DNA of 64,000 bases. It comes from Thermoproteota archaeon (lineage in GTDB: Archaea > Thermoproteota > Thermoprotei > Gearchaeales > Gearchaeaceae). This document shows positions 1 to 8,785 of the stretch, piece by piece. How positions within the stretch are numbered: the stretch's first letter is position 1; the number at the start of each line of letters is the position of its first letter. Both the position numbers and the translations under genes were made by a program. The notes beneath the pieces are model-generated. The model worked only from the letters and a program-made list of their open reading frames with translations, was not told the origin of the DNA and did no database searches. The stretch lies in assembly GCA_032249235.1 (NCBI GenBank), contig JAVVGF010000001.1:1-64000 (forward strand), given 5' to 3'.

Positions 1-342
1 AATTCTCATTCCTTTTTCTAATGCTTCAGTTATAACTATCTTTTTACCTTTGTATTTAATTAGATCTTCTCGAGAATAAGGGAAAATTTCTACATCTAAA
101 TTTCCAACAAGAAGCATGCTTACTCTTATCATGTTCTCTATAAAGCCTTTGTTCTTGAATTCATCAGAAACGATTAAAATATCTATATCGCTTTCTCTTA
201 AAGGATTGCCATATACTCTTGAACCAAATATGTAAGCTTCTTCAACTTTAAGCTCTTTTTTCAGTTTATTTAGCAGCTTAGCAATTTCTTTTTTCTTTCT
301 TTTAGAAATTTCAATTTTTTCAAGTTCTCTTTCTATGTTCAT
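1..342 (-). CDS. Minimal nucleotidyltransferase (MNT), partner of the HEPN protein; 3' end runs off the window
   Basis: Manual translation from the ATG at 342: MNIERELEK...AYIFGSRVYGNPLRESDIDILIVS (GS...DxD Pol-beta motif). Its start overlaps the HEPN stop (ATGA). Confidence 0.85.
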   Translation of the reverse strand, partial: MNIERELEKIEISKRKKKEIAKLLNKLKKELKVEEAYIFGSRVYGNPLRESDIDILIVSDEFKNKGFIENMIRVSMLLVGNLDVEIFPYSREDLIKYKGKKIVITEALEKGMRI

Positions 343-734
343 AATTCTATTTGCAGATTTGTTCTATTCCTAACCCAATTAATAACTTTTTCAGCAGCCT
401 CAATGCATCTTTTGGCAATTTCTTCAGTATATGCTTCTGAAGGAACAGCATTTGCAGCATTCGGATATCTTGAAATTGTATAATGAGGATTTAGAAATTT
501 TAATTCATCAATTATTTCTTCAGCATTCAACATTTTCCCAAGTCTAATTAAATTATTTCCTTTCGCAGGTAATCTTTTTTTAGATATTATGTAATATGCT
601 TTAAGCGCTTTTTCAGCAGCTTGATGGCATAAAAATGAAGATACGCTGAATTCCTTTATTTCGAATATTTTCTTAGCTTGTCTAAGATTGTGCAATGCTT
701 CTTTCCACCAATCTAGCGCTTCTTCTCGTATCAA
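339..734 (-). CDS. HEPN domain protein (HEPN-MNT pair)
   Basis: FLCHQAAEKALKA and YTISRYP motifs; directly upstream of the MNT gene. Confidence 0.9.
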   Translation of the reverse strand: MIREEALDWWKEALHNLRQAKKIFEIKEFSVSSFLCHQAAEKALKAYYIISKKRLPAKGNNLIRLGKMLNAEEIIDELKFLNPHYTISRYPNAANAVPSEAYTEEIAKRCIEAAEKVINWVRNRTNLQIEL

Positions 735-780
735 ATTTTTCTCAATTCAAATTAATCAATTTCAATAATAATAAATAATT

Positions 781-1506
781 GTGCGTTTAGTTGCTTTTCT
801 CATGTTGTCATTATTAATATTAATCTTCATTCAGCCTGTTTATTCAATACCTGATTGGGCTAAAGTAGGAAATTATGCAAAGTATAGATTCACTTATGAT
901 GGTATCATAATGCATATCCAAGTTAGAACTTACACTAATATTGCTCTTAGCAAGTCCATAATAAGATGCGAGGGTTTCAGATACATTAACATAACAGACG
1001 TGCGTGAACAGACGTTCGTTGTTCAGTCTCGTTATGAATTGAATGTAAGTATATTACCTTATTGCCAAACCTTTCAAACACAACCTAGTAGGCTTTATGT
1101 AGCTTATGAAACATTATTTTCAGAACCAGATGAAAACCAGTTCTATGTAAGTCCGAAAAGTATTGATGGTAGTGAATTGCAATTTAACACTACATAGCCT
1201 GGAGCTAGCTTAAAAATTTACATAAAGATCGACAAAAATACTGGCTGGTTCATTAAATATACAATTATACGTGAAGGGGAATTCATGATTCTTCTCTCAA
1301 ATCCTCCCATATCAGTTAATGGAAATATGATATTTCAAATGGAGTTGGTTGATAGCAACTTTATTCATAGTTCATTTCTTGATTTTGACCTCGATATCTA
1401 TATGGCTTTAATTTTAATATTTGTGCTTGGTGCTCTTTCTTTTGCGATCATTTTACTATACAAGAAAATAAAAAGCTTAAGTATTGCTAAAGTGGCGCAA
1501 GCTTAA
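781..1506 (+). pseudogene. Secreted, C-terminally membrane-anchored protein interrupted by one in-frame TAG (1195-1197)
   Basis: ORFs 781..1197 and 1285..1506 share a frame, and 1198-1284 is open (PGASLKIYIKIDKNTGWFIKYTIIREGEF). Signal peptide at the N-terminus; TM helix plus basic tail at the C-terminus. Confidence 0.7.
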
Positions 1507-1633
1507 TTCATTCTTGCTTTCAACGAGTTATTCTCACTTAACCTCATCATTATTCATATTTTATTAAATCTGGCTTATTGCAAGAATTCATGTAAAAATG
1601 ATTTTAAATTGGTCTAAAAATAATATTCTAGAA

Positions 1634-1707
1634 GCCTCGGTAGCTTAGCTGGTTATAGCGCCGCACTGGTAATGCGGAGGTCGCGGGTTCAAATCCCGCC
1701 CGAGGCT
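1634..1707 (+). tRNA. tRNA-Thr(GGT)
   Basis: Acceptor GCCTCGG/CCGAGGC, anticodon arm CCGCA-CTGGTAA-TGCGG, T-loop GGTTCAAATCC; no intron, no encoded CCA. Confidence 0.97.
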
Positions 1708-1915
1708 TATTATAAAAAATTAGCCTAGCTTGCGAGTATTTTTCGCATAATATAGCGATATAATGAAAGCAATATTTTCTCAATCAAGTTCCTTGCATTT
1801 AATGTTACGGCTTTCCATTCAAGAACTTAATGAAATCAATTCTCAAGCTTTTAAAAAAAACGGAGAAGCTAAAGCTCTAACAAGCTTTTATTTAAGATAC
1901 ATCATCAACTTTACA

Positions 1916-2959
1916 ATGGAAAGTTATATAAAAGGCTTGCATCATATAACACTCGTAACAAGAAATTATCGCGTCAATTCATGGTTTTATACAAAAATTT
2001 TGGGATTGAAACAAGTAAAGCTAAGCGTAAATCAAGATGACATTTTTCATAGGCATGCATTTTATGCAAATGAAAATAAAACAGTAGGTTCAACAATAAC
2101 ATTTTTCGAATGGCCCTTCTTAGATGAAGGATATGTAGGTCTTGGATCTCCTCATCACCTTTCATATCTTGTTAATTCTTTGGAAGCTTTGATTAAATGG
2201 AGATCTTGGCTTAAATATAACAAAATTCCTGTAAGCAAAATATATCATAGATTGAATGGTGCTTCAATCTATTTTAAAGATCCTGATGGCGTTTTGATTG
2301 AAATTAAAGTCAATTTAAGCGAAAAGATTGATGAAGGATATTTAAATGAGCTAATGAGAGATGAGAAGGAAGTCAAGGAGTTAAGCTCAGATATGAAATT
2401 AATTGCTTTTGAGCATGCGACACCTATAACTATCGTAGACCATGAATTAATTCGATTCTTTGAGAAAATATTGGGCTTGAAGAAGAGCTATGAGATAATC
2501 AATCCTGATGATCCAAGAACAAAAATTCTAGCTATAGGAAATGATGAAAAAGAAGATTTCCTTCGCTATATTTATTCTGATTCAGCTATCGAAGGATATG
2601 TAGGCATTGGTTCAATTCATCACATAGCTTTCGCAGTAGAAGATGAATATCAACAAAGAGAAATAATGAAGAAGCTTAGCTCTTTGGGAATAAGAAATTC
2701 AGGAATAATAAACAGGTTATGGTTTAAATCGCTCTACTTCAGAGAATTGAATGGTAACCTTTTAGAAATTGCAACAATTGGTCCTGGATATGAAATAGAT
2801 GAAAAGCCAGAAGAACTAGGAACAAAGCTTGTTTTACCTCCTTGGCTTGAAAAATATAGAAAAGAAATTGAATTGAAATTGAAGGAACAAGATGAAAGTA
2901 ACCAAGCAGTCTTCCCGCCGAAATTCAAGAATCCTCCAGATCCTCCTGAAAAATTATAA
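1916..2959 (+). CDS. VOC/glyoxalase-family ring-cleaving dioxygenase (MhqO-like)
   Basis: GLHHITL, HHIAFAV, FKSLYFRE, EIATIGPG and LGTKLVLPPWLE motifs. Start moved from 1763 to the ATG at 1916, where family similarity begins. Confidence 0.85.
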   Translation: MESYIKGLHHITLVTRNYRVNSWFYTKILGLKQVKLSVNQDDIFHRHAFYANENKTVGSTITFFEWPFLDEGYVGLGSPHHLSYLVNSLEALIKWRSWLKYNKIPVSKIYHRLNGASIYFKDPDGVLIEIKVNLSEKIDEGYLNELMRDEKEVKELSSDMKLIAFEHATPITIVDHELIRFFEKILGLKKSYEIINPDDPRTKILAIGNDEKEDFLRYIYSDSAIEGYVGIGSIHHIAFAVEDEYQQREIMKKLSSLGIRNSGIINRLWFKSLYFRELNGNLLEIATIGPGYEIDEKPEELGTKLVLPPWLEKYRKEIELKLKEQDESNQAVFPPKFKNPPDPPEKL

Positions 2960-2993
2960 CTGACTTATTGATATATTTATAAGCTAGTTATAA
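2954..2993. promoter_or_regulatory. Tandem 17-bp palindromic operators (candidate ThiR sites) overlapping the TATA box of the ECF operon
   Basis: TTATAACTGACTTATTG (2954-2970) and TTATAAGCTAGTTATAA (2977-2993); a related motif occurs at 8757-8785. Confidence 0.6.
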
Positions 2994-3005
2994 GAAAAAT
3001 TTGGG

Positions 3006-3635
3006 ATGGCTATGCAGAAAAGTAAGAGTTACAGGTATACAAGTTTAGATGTTTCTGCTTTAGCAGGTGTAGCAGTCATATCTGGTGTTATATTCTTGAT
3101 TGCAAGCAACTATGTATATTATCCTCTTAAAGGACTTACTCCATTATTCCCTGCAATGTCAGTAATATGGCCTGTTATGTATGGAGCTTGGTTTATAGGA
3201 GGAACTGCTGCTGCTTACATTATTAGAAAGCCTGGAGCTGCTTTCTTCGGTGAATTTCTAGGAGGCTTGGTAGAAGCTGTTTTAGGTTCAAGTTTCGGAA
3301 TTAGCGTATTGATTTGGGGGGCTTTGCAAGGATTGGCAAGCGAAGCTGCTTTTGCAATATGGAAATATAAGAGATATGATTATGTTAGCATGAGCTTAGC
3401 AGGCTTCCTACCTGGATTACCTATTCAAATAGCTGGCTGGTACATGTTTCCAGATCTTTATATTGCTGTGATTGATTATGCAGGTTATGGTGGCCTTGCA
3501 GCATTCATATTATTGCATTCAATAAGCGGCTTAATAATTGCAGGAATACTTACTAAGTATTTCATAGACAAAATCGCTTTAACAGGAATCTTCGATCTAT
3601 TTGAAATTGGAAAAGAAGTAAAGAAGAAGATTTAA
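3006..3635 (+). CDS. ECF transporter S component, YkoE-like (thiamine/HMP)
   Basis: GAWFIGG..AAYIIRKPGAAFFGE and GALQGLASEAAF motifs; about 6 TM; next to thiamine genes. Confidence 0.8.
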   Translation: MAMQKSKSYRYTSLDVSALAGVAVISGVIFLIASNYVYYPLKGLTPLFPAMSVIWPVMYGAWFIGGTAAAYIIRKPGAAFFGEFLGGLVEAVLGSSFGISVLIWGALQGLASEAAFAIWKYKRYDYVSMSLAGFLPGLPIQIAGWYMFPDLYIAVIDYAGYGGLAAFILLHSISGLIIAGILTKYFIDKIALTGIFDLFEIGKEVKKKI

Positions 3636-3636
3636 G

Positions 3637-5169
3637 TTGGATTTTTTAAAAGTAAATTCATATTTTTTCAAATATGCGAATTCTAAAGATTGGATTCTAA
3701 GAAATATTAGTTTCAGTTTAAACAAAGGAGAAACGCTATTAATATTAGGTCCAAACGGTAGCGGAAAGTCAACGCTTGCTCTTTCATTACTTGGAATAGC
3801 ACAAAAATATCCTTCTGAATTCAAAGGAGAAATAATCTATAAAGGAAAGAGCATACAAGAGTATGAAAGATATGAGCTTGCAAGAGAAATTAGCATAGTT
3901 CAACAAGATCCTGAAGCACAAATCATTACCTTATACGTCGAAGATGAAGTCGCATTCGGTTTAGAAAATTTACTTTACAAAGATATCGAAGAAAGGATTT
4001 CTAAAGCACTGAAGCTTGCAAGAATAGAACATAAAAGATATGATGAAACTTATTCTTTGTCTTATGGAGAGAAACAGAAGGTTATTCTTGCAAGTGTTCT
4101 TGCAGTTGATAATGAGCTTTTGATTCTAGATGAACCTACTTCAAATTTAGATTCGTTATCTAGAAAAGAATTTTTCAGAATACTCAAAGATCTAAAGGAA
4201 AGAAATGTGTCTACAATAATAATAGAGCATAATGTAGATGAAATTGCAAAGTTCGTAGATAAAGTTCTAGTTTTGAATAAAAGAGGAGAATTAATAAAGT
4301 TTGGAAAGTTTCCAGATGCAATTTATGAACTAAATACAGAAGATTTAGAAAAACTGGGAATTTGGCTTCCTTTTTCTTTAGAATTAAAATTATTCAAAAA
4401 GAACAAGATGAATAATAAAACAATTAAAAATATAAATGAAAAAGTATTAGAGATAAAAAATCTTAATTTTAAATATAAAAAACCTGTATTAAATAATATA
4501 AATTTAATTTTCGAAAAAGGGAAGTTATATTCGATTCTTGGCCCTAATGGTGCTGGAAAGACTACGCTTTGCAAGATCATCGCAGGCTTGTTAAAGAATC
4601 AGTCTGGCGAATTGAAATTTTATAATTCAAGTAGCGTTCGCTTTTGTTTCCAAAATCCTGACGTTCAATTTATAGGGAATACTGTGCTTGAAGAGCTAGA
4701 GATTTCTTATAAGTTCAGTAAAAACAAAAAATACAATCCGATTGAAATTTTGAAAACCTTCGGTTTAGAAGAATTATCCAATTACAATCCCCATATGCTA
4801 AGTGAAGGACAGAAGAAAATGCTGACTATTGCTTTATCTTTAATTTATGATCCTGACATTTTGATTTGTGATGAACCTACGTTTGCTTTAGATAGGTATA
4901 ATGCTAGAAGGATAATGGACATTTTGAGATCTTTAACTTATGAAAACAAAACAGTCATATTTACTACACATGACATTAGATTTGCTCTCGAATATGCAGA
5001 TCACATTATCTTCTTAGAGAATGGTGAACTGAAGTTTAATGGTTATGTTTATGATTTCATTAAAAGAATTGGCGAATTCAACATAGCTTTGCCTGCAGCT
5101 TTCGAATCTTTGAACTTTGAAGAATTGAGAAATTTCATTATTGAAATTCGTGGAAACAATGAAATTTGA
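3637..5169 (+). CDS. ECF transporter ATPase with two ABC domains (YkoD-like)
   Basis: Two Walker A motifs (GPNGSGKS, GPNGAGKT) and two DEPT Walker B motifs. Confidence 0.9.
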   Translation: MDFLKVNSYFFKYANSKDWILRNISFSLNKGETLLILGPNGSGKSTLALSLLGIAQKYPSEFKGEIIYKGKSIQEYERYELAREISIVQQDPEAQIITLYVEDEVAFGLENLLYKDIEERISKALKLARIEHKRYDETYSLSYGEKQKVILASVLAVDNELLILDEPTSNLDSLSRKEFFRILKDLKERNVSTIIIEHNVDEIAKFVDKVLVLNKRGELIKFGKFPDAIYELNTEDLEKLGIWLPFSLELKLFKKNKMNNKTIKNINEKVLEIKNLNFKYKKPVLNNINLIFEKGKLYSILGPNGAGKTTLCKIIAGLLKNQSGELKFYNSSSVRFCFQNPDVQFIGNTVLEELEISYKFSKNKKYNPIEILKTFGLEELSNYNPHMLSEGQKKMLTIALSLIYDPDILICDEPTFALDRYNARRIMDILRSLTYENKTVIFTTHDIRFALEYADHIIFLENGELKFNGYVYDFIKRIGEFNIALPAAFESLNFEELRNFIIEIRGNNEI

Positions 5170-5920
5170 AGATATAAATCCCATAACAAAGTTCTTGATT
5201 GCGATATTAGTTTTCGCTGTAGTAATTTTCGTTAAAGGAATAATACCTTTAGCCTTAGCTTCATTTTTATTTCTTATCTTGATTTTAATTTATACTTCAA
5301 AGAAATCATTCAGTCTTTTTCTTTTAAGCATATTGCCCTTCTTGATGATTATTTGGATAGTCAATGCTGCTTTTACTTTTTGCGGTAAAGAAATAATGAA
5401 TTTCTTCACTTGGAAGCTTACAGATGCAGGTTTCATTGCAGGAACGACAATAACTTTGAGAATATTTACCATGCTTTTAGCTTCTTACATTTTTGTTTCT
5501 TCTACAAATCCAAGAGACTTCCTTCAAGCACTTGTTAAGTATTTTAAAATGGACTATAGGATTGCTTTTGCAGCTTTCATTGCCATAAGATTGCTTAAGG
5601 AATCGAGAGCAATAATCAATGATTTCAACCAAGCATTTAAAGCTAGAGGACTTAATCCTTGGAATCCTAGAAGATTCTTTGCTTTGATTTCCTTAATTTT
5701 CTTTTCAACAATGAGAAGATTATTTACAATAGCAATTTCTGCAGAAAGCCGTGGATTTGGGAGTTACGATTATAGAATTTTTAGAAGGGAATTGAAAATA
5801 GGATTAAATGATTATTTATTTTCAATTATTATTTCATTAATAATTATCTTTTCATTTTTAATTGGAATTTATTATAATGATTTTTATTTTGGTGTATATT
5901 CTAATAGTTTTTGTCCTTAG
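5159..5920 (+). CDS. ECF transporter T component (YkoC/EcfT)
   Basis: INPITK N-terminus, ARG and SRGF coupling motifs, multiple TMs; ATG at 5159 (the ORF extends to 5141). Confidence 0.88.
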   Translation: MKFEDINPITKFLIAILVFAVVIFVKGIIPLALASFLFLILILIYTSKKSFSLFLLSILPFLMIIWIVNAAFTFCGKEIMNFFTWKLTDAGFIAGTTITLRIFTMLLASYIFVSSTNPRDFLQALVKYFKMDYRIAFAAFIAIRLLKESRAIINDFNQAFKARGLNPWNPRRFFALISLIFFSTMRRLFTIAISAESRGFGSYDYRIFRRELKIGLNDYLFSIIISLIIIFSFLIGIYYNDFYFGVYSNSFCP

Positions 5921-6304
5921 TTACTTATAAGTTTCGAAAATTACTTTATTCTTGTCATTAAGTATTAATATAGCTTTGCTGAAATTTTCTCTTGCAATTT
6001 CATCAATATCTCCTAAATACATGTTAGCTACTTTCCATTCATCTTTCAACTTCCATGTTGCGACTAAATGAACCTTTCCCCTTACTTCAATTATCCTTAT
6101 CTTATCTAAATATTCATCATTTACATCAATCGGTAAATAAACAAAAGAATCTTCTTCTCCAAAAATCCTTCCTTTTATTAAATATCCTTCCTTCTCTAAT
6201 TTATCTAAAATTGAATTTAATTCTTCGCCTTTAGCTTTGAGGATTTCACTTAGCTCCTCAACGCTTAATACCCTTCTAATTTTTGTTAATTCCTGTAAAT
6301 TCAT
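5921..6304 (-). CDS. Hypothetical protein with N-terminal winged helix
   Basis: LSVEELSEIL...ILDKLEKEGYL wHTH-like pattern; fills the gap between convergent operons. Confidence 0.55.
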   Translation of the reverse strand: MNLQELTKIRRVLSVEELSEILKAKGEELNSILDKLEKEGYLIKGRIFGEEDSFVYLPIDVNDEYLDKIRIIEVRGKVHLVATWKLKDEWKVANMYLGDIDEIARENFSKAILILNDKNKVIFETYK

Positions 6305-6370
6305 TATACTCTATTATACAATGAAAATAAATAGGTTAGTAGCTTGAATGAAATGCTATAGCTTGAAGAA

Positions 6371-7015
6371 TTAAACTGTGCTGATTTGCTTTAAAGCTTT
6401 TCTATATTCGAGGATTTTTGATTTGAATGTTCTCGCAGCAGCTTCTGGATCTTCAGCTTTCAATATCGCTGAGATTACAGCTATGCCATCTACGCCTTTG
6501 GACAAAACTTGTTCAACATTCTTCAAATTTATGCCTCCTGAAGCGAATACAGGAATCTTAAGTCTTCTCTTTGCTTCTGCAACGACACTTAAAGGAACTA
6601 TTTCGCAACTATCAACACTTGAAGTTGGGAAGCATGCACAGAAAGAAATGTAATCAGCTCCTACTTTTTCAGCCCAAATAGCTCTTTCTAAATTGTTACC
6701 TATTGTATAGCCTACAATCATATCCTTCCTTATTTTTTTGACATCTGAAGGCAAAATATCATAATTATCAAAATGAACGCCATCGGCACCTAGTTCTAAG
6801 GCTAAATTATGATCGTTATTGATTATCAACAACGCATCATACTTTCTAGCAAGATTCAATAATTCTTTTCCTAATATCTTAGCTTCTTCTATGCTTTTCC
6901 AATTAGACCAGAGTTGCAGAATATCGACGCCGCCTTTCAAAGCTTTTTCAACTCTTTTTAGCAATTCTTCTTTTTCTATACTTGCATCAACTACTAGATA
7001 CAATCCTCCTTTCAT
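6371..7015 (-). CDS. thiE: Thiamine-phosphate synthase family protein (atypical ThiE)
   Basis: LYLVVD, ALKGGVDILQL, LIINND, GADGVH, ASGGIN and GIAVISAI TIM-barrel motifs; several catalytic residues are altered. Confidence 0.85.
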   Translation of the reverse strand: MKGGLYLVVDASIEKEELLKRVEKALKGGVDILQLWSNWKSIEEAKILGKELLNLARKYDALLIINNDHNLALELGADGVHFDNYDILPSDVKKIRKDMIVGYTIGNNLERAIWAEKVGADYISFCACFPTSSVDSCEIVPLSVVAEAKRRLKIPVFASGGINLKNVEQVLSKGVDGIAVISAILKAEDPEAAARTFKSKILEYRKALKQISTV

Positions 7016-7041
7016 CGTTAATGAACTAATTTAACTTCGAT

Positions 7042-8085
7042 TTATTTGTTTCTAAATTCCCTCCAGAATGCTTCCCAATAAGGATCTATATCAACACTTT
7101 CAATCATGATTTTTTTGTTATCTTCAATCAACCATCTTCCATAACTTTTATCTTTAATTTCTCCGATCTCGAATGCCTTTATTCCTTCTTTTTTTAATTC
7201 TTTTATCAAATCTTCAGCATAATTTTTTTCAACACAGCAAAGTAATCCTCCTTCGTTCAAAGATTTTAGAGGATCTATTTTGAACAGCTCGCAAACTGCT
7301 TTTATATCTTCATCGATTTCTATTTTATCTTTATATACTACGACTCCTTTTTCTGAAGCTTCACAAAGCTCATATATAGCGCCCAGGAGGCCTCCTTCTG
7401 TACAATCATGCATAGCATGAACAACCTTTCTAAGACCCAATTTAGCTGCAGTTAAGCTATCTTTTACTGTTGAAAATGAATATAGCATATCGCTTAGTTT
7501 CTTTTGAACTCTAGTTCCTAGTTCTTTTTCAACTTTTTCTTTGAAAACCCTTGCAAGTATTGAAGATGCGGAGATAGCAACTCCTTTTGTTAGTATCAAT
7601 GCGTCTCCTTCTTTAGCCATCGAGCTAGATACATATTCATCTTTTTTTGCAAAGCTAAACATTACGCCTCCGCCAACTACAGTGAAATTACATCCTTCAT
7701 ATTTTCCAGTATGTCCGCCTATGATTGCAATTCCTAATTTTTCCATTTCTTCATGTATTGAATTCCAGTATATTTCGAAATCTGAATAGCTCAATTGAGG
7801 AGGTAAATTATAATCAAGGACTGCAAATTGCGGAGCTACACCTGATGTTGCGAGATCTGAAGCAAGCAAATGAACTGTTATCCATGCTGATTCTTTTAAT
7901 CCCAATGATGGAATGATCGATAGAGGATCTGAAGTGATGAGCAAAACGTTTTCTTCATCTATTTTAACAGCAGCGAAGTCTCCTCCAAGCTTTGGACCTA
8001 AAATAACTTTTTCATTACTTTTCCCTAATTTTTTGAATATTACTTCTTTCAAAAACCTTTGACTGGCTTTACCTAATTCACTCAT
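7042..8085 (-). CDS. AIR synthase-related (PurM/ThiL/HypE superfamily) ATP-dependent protein
   Basis: GGDFA, TSDP, ASDLATSG, IIGGHT and AMHDCTEGGL motifs. Confidence 0.88.
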   Translation of the reverse strand: MSELGKASQRFLKEVIFKKLGKSNEKVILGPKLGGDFAAVKIDEENVLLITSDPLSIIPSLGLKESAWITVHLLASDLATSGVAPQFAVLDYNLPPQLSYSDFEIYWNSIHEEMEKLGIAIIGGHTGKYEGCNFTVVGGGVMFSFAKKDEYVSSSMAKEGDALILTKGVAISASSILARVFKEKVEKELGTRVQKKLSDMLYSFSTVKDSLTAAKLGLRKVVHAMHDCTEGGLLGAIYELCEASEKGVVVYKDKIEIDEDIKAVCELFKIDPLKSLNEGGLLCCVEKNYAEDLIKELKKEGIKAFEIGEIKDKSYGRWLIEDNKKIMIESVDIDPYWEAFWREFRNK

Positions 8086-8746
8086 TCCTTGTTTTCACCC
8101 CTAAGCAAAGGAAAGCTCCGAAAGGGAATTTTCTTGACTTAAGACTTCCAAATATCTTTGGAAAGGCTGTAGTATCCCAATACACTATTTTGAAATTGTT
8201 GTTCAATGCATTTTTTAGTTTTTTCTTTATTCCTAAAATTGAATAAAAAGTAGTATTAATATAGTATGGATTTTTGCCTAACGCAATTTGTATCATTCTT
8301 CTCAAAGTAGGTAAGCTCCATTTATTCATTAAGCCTATTATTAAGCCTTTTCTTGAAACTCTTGTAGCCTCCTTTATTACTTCTTCCAACCTAGGCATAT
8401 ATTCCATACATGTTATGAAGGCAATAGCATCGAAAGATCTATCTCTAAAAGGCAAATAATGTGCTTCTCCTTGAACTAAATCTCCTCTCCATCTCTTTTT
8501 AGCTTCCTTTAGCATTAGTGGCGAAATATCCATACCTACAGCGTATAGATTGAAATTTTTCTCAAACCATCTAGTAAAATAGCTCGTTCCACATCCAACT
8601 TCGAGTAAACTTTCAGCATTTCCCAATTCTTTTAATGCTTTGCTCAATAGTTCTTTTTCAAGTTCTACTACTTTTTTGTATTTTGTTTCATAGAAACTCT
8701 CATAATTCTCGACATATTCTTTTCTTAAAAACCAAGGCAGACTCAT
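8078..8746 (-). CDS. Class I SAM-dependent methyltransferase
   Basis: LLEVGCGT, GMDISPLML and LPFRDRSFD motifs. Confidence 0.9.
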   Translation of the reverse strand: MSLPWFLRKEYVENYESFYETKYKKVVELEKELLSKALKELGNAESLLEVGCGTSYFTRWFEKNFNLYAVGMDISPLMLKEAKKRWRGDLVQGEAHYLPFRDRSFDAIAFITCMEYMPRLEEVIKEATRVSRKGLIIGLMNKWSLPTLRRMIQIALGKNPYYINTTFYSILGIKKKLKNALNNNFKIVYWDTTAFPKIFGSLKSRKFPFGAFLCLGVKTRNE

Positions 8747-8756
8747 TAATATACAC

Positions 8757-8785
8757 TAATAAGTCAGTTTATAAATTAGTTATTA
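8757..8785. promoter_or_regulatory. Divergent promoter with candidate ThiR operators
   Basis: TAATAAGTCAGTTTATA (8757-8773) and TTATAAATTAGTTATTA (8769-8785) in the 38-bp gap between divergent starts. Confidence 0.55.

Noticed and set aside
1195-1197. Genome-wide TAG recoding (pyrrolysine)
   Set aside because: Many conserved genes here end at TAG at their expected length, and there are no pyl genes in the window.
1507-1552. ATGATGA (C box) on the minus strand suggesting a C/D sRNA
   Set aside because: No CTGA D box at a suitable distance and no convincing C'/D' pair.
1763-1915. N-terminal extension of the dioxygenase ORF
   Set aside because: Family similarity begins at Met 1916, and a TATA-like sequence lies just upstream of it.
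2960-3005. TPP riboswitch upstream of the thiamine transporter
   Set aside because: Only 46 bp are available, with no aptamer consensus; regulation appears to be protein-based.
8635-8784. N-terminal extension of the ThiR ORF
   Set aside because: It overlaps the divergent methyltransferase and the promoter; the true start is likely 8785.
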